Positions 24,857-36,213 are shown, counted from the stretch's first letter. The stretch is DNA of 64,000 nucleotides from Monocercomonoides exilis PA203 (GCA_001643675.2 LSRY02000052.1:124001-188000); one strand, 5' to 3'. The notes: a model not told the origin generated them from the letters alone. Numbers and translations are program-made.

Positions 24857-27800
24857 TTGCACAAAATAATTAATTCATTGATTGTTAATTCGTCAATTTT
24901 AGGTTCTATATTTACAATAATAAAAACTTGTTGCTACTTAATGAATACATCTATTTTTATTCTGGAATGCGAGTTAACACAGCAAATTATGCAGCCAATA
25001 TATGTGTTTGACTCATATTCAACTTTGAGCATGGAATCTTGCATTCTTTTAATTTCAGACACACTGAATTGTTCGCCATTTCTATCTTGTTCCGGAAAAC
25101 TGCTAATTTCGAACATATCCTTAAAAACAAAGAAAATACACACTGCAGTGAATTCATTGGTGAATTCTCCTTTTGACTGCATCAATCAAAGAACAAGGGT
25201 GAGCATTACTGTTGCATTTTCTACAGTGAATTCATTTCAAGTGGTTTCAAAAGATTCACTCTTCAGTTCAAGTTCATTATCAACAGCTTTATTATATGAT
25301 TGCACATTTAGAAATATCTCTGGGTCACATGTTAAGGGAAAAGAAAAGAGGACACGACATAAATGTGAAAATATTATTACCAGTTGCACTTTCAACAATG
25401 TTGAAGATGATCTCTATGGAATAATTGTATCATCAATAAATGAAGGAAACTCTGCTTGCGTTTTCAACACTACATTTCTGAATGATTTCCGCTCTGGACA
25501 AATAGAGGAATCAAATAATAAAACTATGAAGCAGCAAATTCTTCAAGAAAATGAAAACTACATCTTCAAAGAATGCGAATGGCATTCATGTGTAGCTTTA
25601 ACTGGAAATGAGCGCAAAACAACAAGTTCAAGCGGAGCTGCAATTTTTATCAATGGACAACTGTCTGCTTCACTAAATATTGATTCGTGTCTATTTATGG
25701 ACTGCAACACAAGCACAGATGGAGGAGCTATTTTGAGCTTGTACATCAGAAGCTTTGTTATTACAAATTCTTCGTTTGAAACGTGCAAGACTCAATCATA
25801 TGAAGCAGGAGGAATATGCGTATATCACACAAGTGAATGCCTTTCAATGAGTTGCATCAAATTTGAGAATTGCTCTTGTCAAACTTATGGAGGAGGTGTG
25901 ATGATGCAGCAAGATGCCTCTATTAGTAATTCATGTATGTTCATGGATCATGAACTTGAAAAATCATTTCAATATAATAATTGCTCATTTGTTCGATGTG
26001 AATCAAATTCTGTTGATGGGGGAGGAATTGAAATATTCGATAATTCTTCTATTTTTTTGAATTTCAGAAGTTGCTCATTTGAATTATGTAGTTCTTTTAA
26101 AAATGGAGGAGGGATTTCAGCATCTTTATCAGGAATAACAGAACTGAATCCAAAATTGTTTTATTTTTGTGCATTCAAAGGAAATAGCGGTAATGGCAAG
26201 GATGTTTATCTTGAAAATAGTGATGTCTGTTTGACTGAGTCACCATTTGTGGAATCTTTCACACTTACTGAAGGTGGAAACCACTTATATCTTTCAAATC
26301 ATGGATGGAATAAGCAAGAATGGCTTCCTTATGGCTTTTTAAGAAAATATATTGTTGGTGAAATAGGTTCAAACACAGAGACTTGTGGATTTTCTGTTGA
26401 AGAAGGGTGCAAAACATTGGAAATAGCTTTATCCAATAATTCTGGAGAAAATCATGTAAAGGCGTTGATAATTGTCGGAAATTACAACTTGTTTCACACA
26501 AACGGGATGAGCTTTAATGAAATAGATATGTTCATAACTGGACATAATTTGAAAGGTGACCATTCACAACTATTAAATGCAGGGATAGTATCGGGGAGCT
26601 CAATGTTCACTGTAACTTCATGCACGTTAGAGGTAACTAATGTGGAGATTGTTCATTGTAGTAATGGCTTTGGGAGGACTCTTGTTACTGGGGATGATCA
26701 AGGAGTGATTATTTTGAAAAGAGTTCAAATTGGATCATTGAAAGAATCTGCACAGACAGCGATTGAAGAATCACCTTTCTTCGCAGCATATGGGCAGATA
26801 CAATTTTTCGAGTGTTGCATCACCGGGTTAAGGTTAAATAGAGTGGCACTTTTTGAAGGAGCAACAAACGTGCTGCTTGAAGATACAGAAATATCAAACA
26901 TCATCCGCAAGGAAGGAAATGGAGCAATATTTGATCCAACGATAGGAGAGATGGAGATATGGGAATTGAATAATATAAGTTTGAAAAATTGTCAGTGTGA
27001 GAACGGTAATGGAGGAGCCATTTTTGTGCGTATGGAAAAAGGTGGATTGATGCATGTGGGAAACGTTCAAAATGTCGAGATGAGAGAGTGCAAGGTGTCA
27101 ATAGAAGAGGAAGCAAAAAGAAAAGGTGGAGGGATATTTATTGATATTTGTGATGATCAAAGTGGATTTGAATTGAATAATGTACTATTTGAAGGATGTG
27201 AAGCATGGAAAGGGAAAAAGTTGTTTTTAAAAACTTCAAATTTGAAGCGAATTGTGAATGAGGTGAGCATTGGATGGACAATGACTGATGCAGAAAAAAT
27301 AAAATTGGACGATCTGAATGGATTCGAGGGAGACACAACTGGAGAAGAATATGAAATTCCACTGGTTGTGTATCTGTGGAATAATATAAGTGAAACAGTT
27401 CATATTAATGGCATAGGAGGCTTCGATTTCAGTGGATGCGGATATGAAGAGGCACCATGTGCTTCAATTGATTGGGCAATAGGAATATGGTGCAATCCAT
27501 CACCTTCAAACGAATGGAAATTTTTAATGGAAACTGAAGTTGATATTAATAATGCTATTTGTTTAAGTATTTCTTCAACAGACGCTGCTTTGAGAGTCAT
27601 TGGAAAACAAGAATTGACGTCAATTTCTATGGAAAATGCAATTGGAGTCGATCAGCAAACATCAATTATATATTCAAATATTGAATTAACTTTCGAAAAA
27701 ACTTTTTTTCAACTGCCAAATGTTATGAAAGAAGGAATTAACCAATTATTCTGGAGTAGCTCTAACTTAGAACTGACAAATTGCATGTTCGAATTGAAAG

Positions 27801-30800
27801 AAGGGACAACGATCGGATATTCATTAATAGAAATTGAAGGAGGCTCACTTGAGGGAACATGCGTTATATTTGGCTCTGAACTTTTTGAAACTGTTGTTGA
27901 AACGGGATGTAGTCTGATATCAGTTTCCGGAAGAATGAAATTAGAGGAATGGAACTTTTTCAGCTGTGTGCAGAAGGACGGAAATGGTTCGTGCATTGAC
28001 TTGAAAAGAGTGAGTCAGATAGATGGAGCAAGCATGAAGAACTGCTCATTTTGTGATTGTGAATCCCGAGGAGTGAATAGAGTTGGTGGAGCGATGGCAA
28101 TAGAAGTTGAGGGAGATGGATGGTTGAGTGTAGAGAATTGCACATTTTTCGAGTGCAAAATCGGACAAGGAGTGGAAGACAACAAAGGTCTTGGTGGAGG
28201 ATTCTATGTTGAATGCGCTGGAGGAAGATCAGGAATTCGCCTTGTTGATTTACAGTTTCAAGGTTGTCAAGCTTGGAGAGGAAAGAATATGTTTGTTTCA
28301 GGGTGGAATCTGAGTGAAATTGTGAATAAGGAGCACTTCAAATGGGAGATGAGTGAAGGGGAGTTGGGATCATTGGATGAGCTGTGTGGATGGGAGAGGA
28401 AGACAACAGGAGAGGAATATGTGATTCCGCTTGTTGTGTATTTGTGGACGAACTGGAGTGGAAATGGATTTGTCTCGAATGAAAATGAAGGAGACTTCAG
28501 TGGGTGTGGGTATTTAGAAGCCCCATGTTCATCAATTGATCACTTAATTTCTCTGAGATATGGTTCACTTGAAGAAGGGGAAACACACATCAAAATAGTC
28601 GGATCAGGATTGCTTCAGAAATCAACATCGCTGCTGTCATCATCATTAATCACTCCTATTGTTTCAGTTGAAGGAGAGAGAGAAGGAACAGGTCTTAAAG
28701 TGAAAGAGGGAGGAATAAATGAAGATGAAGAAGGTGTGGGGATGATTTCATCGAATATAATTGTTTCGTTCTCCAATATTTCATTTTCTCTTCCTAATGA
28801 ACTTGCTTCTCATTCATCACTTATTCACTCAACTTCATCTTCAGCAACACTTTCAATCAAGAGGTGCTCATTTGTTTGCGAGGATTCAGCAAAGGAAACG
28901 AAATATTGTCTGATAAAAGCAGATGGAGGGAAAGTGGTGATTGAGGATTGCACATTTTCAAATTTCCGACTGGTGAAAGGGTTTATTGAATTCACAACAG
29001 ATGTGAAGAGTGTTGATGTGGTGAATGTGTCGATATCGAACACAACAATATCTGGATGCAGTTTAATATCACTGAGTCAGTCTTCCTTAACAAATATGTT
29101 AATCGAGAAAGCAAAAGAAAACACAGAGCAAAGAATAAGAGTGAATGATTCCTCGTTCACAAACATCACATGTTTAGAGAACAGAGCATGTATGATGAAT
29201 GTTGGATCATTTTCATCTGGAATGGAATGTGTGGTGGAAGGGTGTGTGCTCACAAAGTGCATGAGCGAGAGGAGTGAAGAAGGAGGAGGGATGAAGATAT
29301 GCATGAAGAGAGAAGAGTCTGTGGTGAAAGTGAGTGGGTGTTCATTTGGGATGTGTGTTTGCTCAATAGGCAATGGAAGAGGAGGAGGGTTGATGATTGA
29401 TGCGCTTGATCCAAATGTGGAATGTTTTAACACTGAAATACAACCACTTGAGCTGAGACTGGAGTATATCCGATTCATGATGAATGATGCGTTTGTGGGG
29501 AAGGATGCGTTCATCCGGTGTAACTCAATTGAGTTGCAGTTGAATGAAAGGCTGTTTGGACTGGACTTCAGCCAGGAGGCACTGAAGGGGGAGAACTCGA
29601 TATATGGGTCAGACAAGGAAAGGGATGATGTTGATCTGATCCCGCTGATCACATTCTATTATTCTTCACAGGTGTTTGTGTGTGTGAATGGGAGTGACAG
29701 CAGGCAGTGCGGAGCACAGAATAAACCGTGCAAAAGTCTCAATAATGCTGTTGATCATATTGAACAAGGTGTTATGAATGCTATTCTGATTGATGGGGAA
29801 GGGACTGTGACAAAGGAATGTGTGATTGGAGATCTGAATGTGAACTCATACAAAAAGTCCCAAGCGATTGTGAAGTTGAAATCGGATATTGCGAAATCAG
29901 CAGAGAAGGATTGCATCATGGAGTTTATAAACGAAAGCGCAGTTGAGAGGTGCTCATTCGAGTTTGAAGACACTTTACAGACAACTCATAGCTTCATTCT
30001 GAAAGTGAAGAATGGATCAACAGAGATCCATAAATGTGAATTCTACTCTTCAGCAACAGCTGTTGAGATGAGGCTGAACAGTTCGGTTGTGAGCGTGGAA
30101 AGCGGAGAGCTGAAGATCTCAGAAACAAAATTCAAGGATTTGGAATCAGCAGGATCGGTGCTATTATTCAACAAAGAATCGAATGTGATTATTGATGAAA
30201 CAAGAATGTCGAATATCAATTGTGAGGGAGATATTGTGAGTGTTGGAAGAAATGCGAAAGTGGTAATGAAGATCATGACGATTGAGAATGTGACTGTACT
30301 GTCTGAAGGGTGTGCGATTGGTATGGAAGATGCTGAGCAAGATATGAGTGTGCTGAACTGCACGTTTGGAAAATGCAGGAATTCGGTGGACAAGGGATGC
30401 ATGATGCGGGTGAGTCGGTGCAAGGATGTGAAGGTTGAGATATGTGTGTTTGATGGAGAAAAAGAGGAGAAAGAAGCAGAGACAGTGAACGAAGGAAACA
30501 AGGGAAAAGAAGAATTATGTGAGTGGAGCGGCTCGTTGATTGACATTGAAAACAGCAATGTGGAGATGAAGGAGACAACAGTTATGAAGAGCAAAAATGG
30601 AGGGCTGTGGGTGAGCGGAGGCAGCTTGATGATTGAAAACAGCAAGTTTGAGAATAACAATCCATCTGTTGAGGGATATCCATCAGCGCGAAGGAATGTG
30701 ATCTGCACAGGGAACAGCAAGATGAATGTTGCGAGTGTGAAAGGTGGAGACGGACTGAAAGATAACTCATCGCTTTGGATTTTGGATGAAGGATGTCAAT

Positions 30801-32617
30801 TGGGAGGGATAGCATCAGAAAGAGGATCATCATTTTTTATCCCAGTTCTGGAAGGGGTGAAGAATATTTCTCAGCCAAATGGGAATGTGGAGTTGATGAT
30901 TCATGGGAAGCTGCTTCTGCCATGTGATTTGTCAGTGAAAATGAGCATGAAAAATGGGGATGAAGAAGAAATAGTGAGAAAGCAAATTGATGAAGAAGGA
31001 TTCATTTCAGAAAATGAAATATCAACAATTATTTCATGTTCAGAATTGGAGAAAGTGAGAGAAGAGACAGAAGTGAGAGTGTGCATTGTGTTTGGGAAAG
31101 CAGATTCTCCTTCATCGACAGAATCGTTCATCATCAAAAATAAAAGTGAGCCGAAGGTTAATGGAGATGAAAGGATTGTTGAGGAAAGGAAAGAAGGAAA
31201 GTCTTATTGGTTGTTGATTGTAATAATTATGGGTATCATGTTACTAATTTTTCTGATTGTATCTGTTGTTTTGATTGTTCGATGGAGAAAAGCAAAAGAA
31301 GAAGCGAAAAAATACAAGGAGATTGTGAATGATAATATCAGAAAAGATCCGAAGGCGTTCGAGATGGTGACAATGGAGATGTCGCCCGAGGAGCAGTGGA
31401 GGAGGGCAGAGAGGGAAGCAGAGAAGAAGAATGAGGAGAGGTTCAAGAAGAGGGTATATGAGAATAGCTTGGGACACTCGGAGTCATCAGAGCATCTTTT
31501 GTGTGAGAGTGGCTCCACTGAATATATTTTGGGAAAGGACTCAGACAAGATTCCTGAATGGGCATTGGAGAGGGTTGATGAGAAAGAAGAGGAAGAGACA
31601 AGAAAGAGAACACCATCACCATCCATCTCATCCATCTCATCCACTTCAACAACTGACTCAGATTCGACTTTTGTTCGATCAGAGAGTCTGTGCCCAACAA
31701 CCTCATCCATGTCAAACTTGGTGGATGCGATGGCCTGCTCGTCTCCACACGAGAAGCTGATTGTGGATCTGAGGGATTCACTGTTCATGTTGCTGCATGG
31801 GAGGAACGAGAAGAAAGAGATGGCGATTGGCTCATTGAAGGAGAGAGAACAAACAGCTGCCCAAATCCTGTTCTGGGTGGCGAATCTGGCACTCCACTCC
31901 TTTGACGAGATGGAAAACGGATTGTCTTCACTGGTCAACCTCAGTCCCCACATTGTGCTGTTCTCAGAGCACATGGTGATCTGCATTGCCCTCCACTCCG
32001 ACTGCTCTTCTTCATCTGATGATTCTGACTCTTCTTCCATCTCTTCGTCAACTGTTGTGACATCTGCCAGCGATGGTGATGATGATGATGATAGAGACTC
32101 GCTGCCCTCATCAGCGTTTGAGGATGCAGATGACAACTGGAAGGAGTGCCTGAGGTGGAAGGCGCCGGAGCTGCAGATGAGCAAGAAGATGGGGGCAACA
32201 AAGGAGTCGGTGGAGTTCTCGATCGGGATGATGCTGTGGGAGTGCCTGGCGCTCCAGATCCCGTTTGGGGAGTATCCGGCCGAGGTGGCAGGGCAGAAGA
32301 TCGCGAACGGGGAAAGACCAAATATGGAGGGCATAAATACAGAATCGGAATTGATAGATGTGGCGAAAAGAGCAACATCGATGAATTGGCAGGAGAGGCC
32401 CACACTTGGAGAGCTGAAGAGAGAGTTTATTCAGCGATTTCCTGCAGGCGCAGCTATATTGACAATGTCAGATGCAATAGATTTGAATAGGAACAGGGAC
32501 CGCAGAGAGAGAAACAGGGACAGTGGCAGCTGCGGCGATAGCGATTGCAGAGGTGGAAGCTTGGAGGAAACAGATTCGTTGCTTGGAGTCATTGCAATCT
32601 GCTCAGAAAAATTATGA
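24857..32617 (+). CDS. Giant surface receptor-like protein: Cys-rich beta-helix (Pmp/pectin-lyase-like) ectodomain, one TM helix, degenerate tyrosine-kinase-like domain
   Basis: 2586-codon ORF with repeated FxxC...GG(A/G)I motifs and four G.D...CG....PC.S modules. TM helix YWLLIVIIMGIMLLIFLIVSVVLIV. Kinase C-lobe RWKAPE...FSIGMMLWE..PF...GERP. The first ATG is at 24941, and upstream exons (e.g. 24467-24784) are possible. Confidence 0.88.
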   Translation: MHKIINSLIVNSSILGSIFTIIKTCCYLMNTSIFILECELTQQIMQPIYVFDSYSTLSMESCILLISDTLNCSPFLSCSGKLLISNISLKTKKIHTAVNSLVNSPFDCINQRTRVSITVAFSTVNSFQVVSKDSLFSSSSLSTALLYDCTFRNISGSHVKGKEKRTRHKCENIITSCTFNNVEDDLYGIIVSSINEGNSACVFNTTFLNDFRSGQIEESNNKTMKQQILQENENYIFKECEWHSCVALTGNERKTTSSSGAAIFINGQLSASLNIDSCLFMDCNTSTDGGAILSLYIRSFVITNSSFETCKTQSYEAGGICVYHTSECLSMSCIKFENCSCQTYGGGVMMQQDASISNSCMFMDHELEKSFQYNNCSFVRCESNSVDGGGIEIFDNSSIFLNFRSCSFELCSSFKNGGGISASLSGITELNPKLFYFCAFKGNSGNGKDVYLENSDVCLTESPFVESFTLTEGGNHLYLSNHGWNKQEWLPYGFLRKYIVGEIGSNTETCGFSVEEGCKTLEIALSNNSGENHVKALIIVGNYNLFHTNGMSFNEIDMFITGHNLKGDHSQLLNAGIVSGSSMFTVTSCTLEVTNVEIVHCSNGFGRTLVTGDDQGVIILKRVQIGSLKESAQTAIEESPFFAAYGQIQFFECCITGLRLNRVALFEGATNVLLEDTEISNIIRKEGNGAIFDPTIGEMEIWELNNISLKNCQCENGNGGAIFVRMEKGGLMHVGNVQNVEMRECKVSIEEEAKRKGGGIFIDICDDQSGFELNNVLFEGCEAWKGKKLFLKTSNLKRIVNEVSIGWTMTDAEKIKLDDLNGFEGDTTGEEYEIPLVVYLWNNISETVHINGIGGFDFSGCGYEEAPCASIDWAIGIWCNPSPSNEWKFLMETEVDINNAICLSISSTDAALRVIGKQELTSISMENAIGVDQQTSIIYSNIELTFEKTFFQLPNVMKEGINQLFWSSSNLELTNCMFELKEGTTIGYSLIEIEGGSLEGTCVIFGSELFETVVETGCSLISVSGRMKLEEWNFFSCVQKDGNGSCIDLKRVSQIDGASMKNCSFCDCESRGVNRVGGAMAIEVEGDGWLSVENCTFFECKIGQGVEDNKGLGGGFYVECAGGRSGIRLVDLQFQGCQAWRGKNMFVSGWNLSEIVNKEHFKWEMSEGELGSLDELCGWERKTTGEEYVIPLVVYLWTNWSGNGFVSNENEGDFSGCGYLEAPCSSIDHLISLRYGSLEEGETHIKIVGSGLLQKSTSLLSSSLITPIVSVEGEREGTGLKVKEGGINEDEEGVGMISSNIIVSFSNISFSLPNELASHSSLIHSTSSSATLSIKRCSFVCEDSAKETKYCLIKADGGKVVIEDCTFSNFRLVKGFIEFTTDVKSVDVVNVSISNTTISGCSLISLSQSSLTNMLIEKAKENTEQRIRVNDSSFTNITCLENRACMMNVGSFSSGMECVVEGCVLTKCMSERSEEGGGMKICMKREESVVKVSGCSFGMCVCSIGNGRGGGLMIDALDPNVECFNTEIQPLELRLEYIRFMMNDAFVGKDAFIRCNSIELQLNERLFGLDFSQEALKGENSIYGSDKERDDVDLIPLITFYYSSQVFVCVNGSDSRQCGAQNKPCKSLNNAVDHIEQGVMNAILIDGEGTVTKECVIGDLNVNSYKKSQAIVKLKSDIAKSAEKDCIMEFINESAVERCSFEFEDTLQTTHSFILKVKNGSTEIHKCEFYSSATAVEMRLNSSVVSVESGELKISETKFKDLESAGSVLLFNKESNVIIDETRMSNINCEGDIVSVGRNAKVVMKIMTIENVTVLSEGCAIGMEDAEQDMSVLNCTFGKCRNSVDKGCMMRVSRCKDVKVEICVFDGEKEEKEAETVNEGNKGKEELCEWSGSLIDIENSNVEMKETTVMKSKNGGLWVSGGSLMIENSKFENNNPSVEGYPSARRNVICTGNSKMNVASVKGGDGLKDNSSLWILDEGCQLGGIASERGSSFFIPVLEGVKNISQPNGNVELMIHGKLLLPCDLSVKMSMKNGDEEEIVRKQIDEEGFISENEISTIISCSELEKVREETEVRVCIVFGKADSPSSTESFIIKNKSEPKVNGDERIVEERKEGKSYWLLIVIIMGIMLLIFLIVSVVLIVRWRKAKEEAKKYKEIVNDNIRKDPKAFEMVTMEMSPEEQWRRAEREAEKKNEERFKKRVYENSLGHSESSEHLLCESGSTEYILGKDSDKIPEWALERVDEKEEEETRKRTPSPSISSISSTSTTDSDSTFVRSESLCPTTSSMSNLVDAMACSSPHEKLIVDLRDSLFMLLHGRNEKKEMAIGSLKEREQTAAQILFWVANLALHSFDEMENGLSSLVNLSPHIVLFSEHMVICIALHSDCSSSSDDSDSSSISSSTVVTSASDGDDDDDRDSLPSSAFEDADDNWKECLRWKAPELQMSKKMGATKESVEFSIGMMLWECLALQIPFGEYPAEVAGQKIANGERPNMEGINTESELIDVAKRATSMNWQERPTLGELKREFIQRFPAGAAILTMSDAIDLNRNRDRRERNRDSGSCGDSDCRGGSLEETDSLLGVIAICSEKL

Positions 32618-33475
32618 GGTTAATTGGAGTTTTTGAAAGATAAATTACTTGAGATATTTATTCAAAGTATCGTAAACGAAAGAAAATTATGAAGGCTTGG
32701 AGTATGCGAAAGAAAGTCTGTTTATGAATGCTGTCATGATCCTTACAGCACGAATCCGAATTGCCGATCTGAGCTTTTGAGTAAAATTGCTCCAAGAATC
32801 AGCTTGCTTTAATACAAAATGCTTTTGCTGCGAGCACGAATGCTTGCCATTCATTTTTTTTTTTTTTTTTTTTTGTTGGTGCTTTTCATAAAAGGAGTTC
32901 ATATTCATCTGTTTATTAAATTTTTGTTTTGTCTTGCAGCTAAAGACCTCGTTTGTGTATTTGAAAATGCTTTTGTTTTTGAATAAAGATTTGCACGTAA
33001 TGACCTTGTGATCTCGTTGATGCTCCTCCCTTCCATTTCACAATCTTTTCATTTCACATGCAATTTTGTTCATTAGAATTTACAAAAATATTTTGAAGCT
33101 TCTGTATTCATAGCAAAAGTTTACAGTTATTCGGAAGAGCGAAGAAGAGTTACCAAAATGGATTATGAATAACAGAAAAAGTCAGAATTTGATGGCACAA
33201 TGAGTTTAACAGTAGTTGTTGCTTGAAACGAAAATTTTGAAAAGAAACAATGGCAAAAAATATATCTTAAAAAAAAGGAATGAATGACCGACAACTGATA
33301 TTCATTAGAGAATTCATTCAAAAATATTCATTCAAATATTTGAGTCTTGATTCTTTTATAATTCTGTGATAGATCTGAACTTTTAATAATGAAAATGAGA
33401 CCGAATTATAATGTGTGTAAAAAAACGCAATCAAAAATGTGTGAAAATGAAAAAACGAAAAGATAATGGGTGTTA

Positions 33476-35492
33476 GGTTAGTGTTTTTATTGGCACCATT
33501 TTTTTATTGGCACCAAATTTTTGAAGTGATAAAATTCAAAAAATACAGACTCAATTAGCAAGAATAAACAAAATTTGGGTCAAATAGTCTTCGAATTTTT
33601 CTTTTTTCTGAACCTTGATCTGTAGAATTTTCTTCTTTGATATTATCCACGTCATCATGCAAAATTCTTCGATAAACACTTTTCTTCTTTGACTTAAATG
33701 AAAGAGTTTCTTCAATGTTTACTGTTTCTTCTTCGGCTTCGGAACATTCCGCACTTGTTCGAATAAAAATATCTTCTTCCAACTTTTCTAAGAAATCCTC
33801 ATTTGTGAGCACTTTTCCGTAAAAATCAAAACGATTTGAATTAGTGGGCAAAGGAAATGAAGAGTGTTTGGGTAATTTACGTAAAACTGGTCCTGACGAT
33901 CTAAACAAAACACCACTTGCATCTAATGCATCCTTAATTACTGATGGTGCGAATGCAGAGTGAAGAGCTTGAGGAAGGATGTCTGCCAAAGCCTTTCTGT
34001 TGGAAGAAACAGTTGAAGATTGAGGTATTTCTATTGATGAATTTAAAACAGATTTAAGAACAGCAAAAACACCTCTATCGAGAAATTGTGAAATATGTGT
34101 TGTGTGAGGAACAAATGTGATGACATCCACATTCAATTCCATAAATTTTCTCCAAATAATAGGGTTTGCACGAGAGCTGTGCGAATCAACGAATAGCAAA
34201 CATCTCTCTTCAGTCAATTTCATCCTTTTCTTTCTTTCTAGTATTTCTGGAAGAAGAACACGCAAAGAGTATCGTTCGAATAAAGAAAAATTCATCCAAC
34301 CATTCGTATTGCACCACACATCAAGCAAAGGAGATAGTAAAGGAGTCAACTCTTCCGGAACATTTGAACTTGGCCAAAGAACAATTGTAGGTAAAGAAAA
34401 ACCATCCCTGGAATCAGCAGCCACAAGCGTCGCGTTTCTAACTCTCGAAGGAGAAAGGCAATAGGCTGATGGAGACTCCGAGGATGTTGCAACAAGTTTT
34501 TGACAATTATCAGATAATCTTAGTGATGTTTCATCCACATTATAGATTAACTCCCTTCAGTATTTGAACTTTGAATGCAAATCATCAAGCATTTCGTACC
34601 AAGGTTTCAAAACGTCTTGACAAGATGCTGCAAGACGTTTTGAATACAAAATTTTTGGCTTTTGCAATTTCAATTCTGGTTGATTTCCCAAGAAGGAATA
34701 AGCCGCGGTTTTTGAAATTTCTTTTTTTGGTGAAGCATCAACTGAAATCTCTGAATCTTCATCTTCTATCGCATTTTCAATCTAAATAGAAACAAATAAA
34801 TAGAAAAAAGAATATTTAACAAACCAATTCTTTTGTTTTCTTCACTGTCAGGTTTGTTCCACACTTTGCTTCAATTTTAATTTCGTCTGTAACAATTTCC
34901 TTTTTTTCCTTGCGCAGCAATGACGGTCTTCCGACTTTGGCAACATCCCTGTCACTTTTAACAGCATTCACTGCATGGATGAGAGTTTTTTTTGAAAATT
35001 CACCGAAGTTGATCGCATCCACTAGCCTGGCTTTTCCGTCAATCAGAATTCGCGCCATTCTCTCGAGTCTATTTTCATAAATGCGATAGTTTATCGACGC
35101 CATTTCTGCTTGCATTTTTCTTTTTCCTTCTTCAGCTTTTTTTTTGATCATAAAAAAACCAATCAATTTTTTGGGTAATGATCAAAAAAAAAAGTCCATT
35201 TTAAGCAGCCAGAAGACATTTCAAGTTTTGATATATGAAGTATTTGCTTTTATAAATTTTTGTATATTCAATTTGTTTTTAAAAAGAATTTGTCATGTTT
35301 TTTTCATACGAAACTTTCACTAACATATTTAACTGTTGCCCCGAAATTAAATAAGCACATCTGTTCATCCGCTGATGATAAAAACAATTGTTTGTGCATA
35401 TAATCTTTGTTTCTTATAGAAAATTATATCTTTCACAAAGAAATAGAAAAAAGGTGCCAATAAAAAAAAAGGTGCCAATAAAAACACTAATC
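33476..35492 (-). mobile_element. pogo-type (Tc1/mariner superfamily) DNA transposon with ~40-bp TIRs and TA TSD
   Basis: TA|GGTTAGTGTTTTTATTGGCACCATTTTTTTATTGGCACC ... GGTGCCAATAAAAAAAAAGGTGCCAATAAAAACACTAATC|TA. Encloses a DDE_1-type transposase. Confidence 0.9.
33555..35115 (-). pseudogene. DD35D pogo/CENP-B-like transposase with one intron and one premature TGA (34557-34559)
   Basis: Exon 1 has an HTH-like region (VGRPSLL). Exon 2 reads ...KFKY*RELIYNVDET...LLFVDSHSSR...PHTTHISQFLDRGVF, with 35 residues between D2 and D3. Confidence 0.85.
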
Positions 35493-35505
35493 TAATTTAT
35501 GAAAT

Positions 35506-36213
35506 AGGTGATTATTTTAAAAATCATAACATTTTTCGGGATGTTGATTCTTCAAAGATTGTTTGTCTTTGAATTGGGATTTTGTATTTTCATCAAAAAT
35601 TTCATCAAATGTTTTCAAAAACAAATGTTTTGGCAAAAATAAAGATGAAGATATTTTTTATAAGGCATTTCACTTTTCAGTGTATATTTGGGCAGTTATT
35701 TTTTATATGATAATTTTTTTTTGGGTGTTCATAATTATGGAAATTCATTGTCATTTATCAAAAATTATCATTCAAATTTCAAATGTTAATCTTTCGTTTC
35801 AAAAGTTTTTGTAAGACGTGAAAAAAACAGCAGAGAAGTCATTAATATATATTTCACTTTTGATTGTTTATTTGGGGGAAAATACTGACTTTCAAGCTTT
35901 TTTTGCACAAAGCATGAAAAAATTGTTTCACTTATAACATTTTGTAACTCAACCAGATTTCAAATAAATATGATTTTCATAACTGTTAGCAAACATCATT
36001 GAAATAATAACATTATGTTGTGTGACGTCACATGTATTTCTTTAAATAAACCCATTTTTTCAAATTTTTGATCACAAAAAGATCATCTCAGATTCAAAAT
36101 TTTTCAATGAAAATGCCTGCAGTCAAATATTTTGCCTCATTTATAAATTTTCATTACAAATATTCAAACCGAAATTTTTGACAGAAAAAATTTGATTTCA
36201 ACGATGTTCCCAT
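35506..36213. mobile_element. Nested MITE cluster: family I (35506-) containing family I (35690-~36211) containing family II (35874-36138)
   Basis: Family I left TIRs at 35506 and 35690 are each followed after 180 bp by ATTT and a new element. The family II copy is bounded by an ATTT/ATTT TSD. A family I right end (AACCGAAATT...TGATTTCAA) lies at 36165-36211. Confidence 0.7.

Noticed and set aside
35874-36053. A 180-bp element ending at AACCC|ATTT
   Set aside because: Homology with the second copy extends to 36138/36997, where proper TIRs and perfect TSDs occur. The unit is 265-267 bp.
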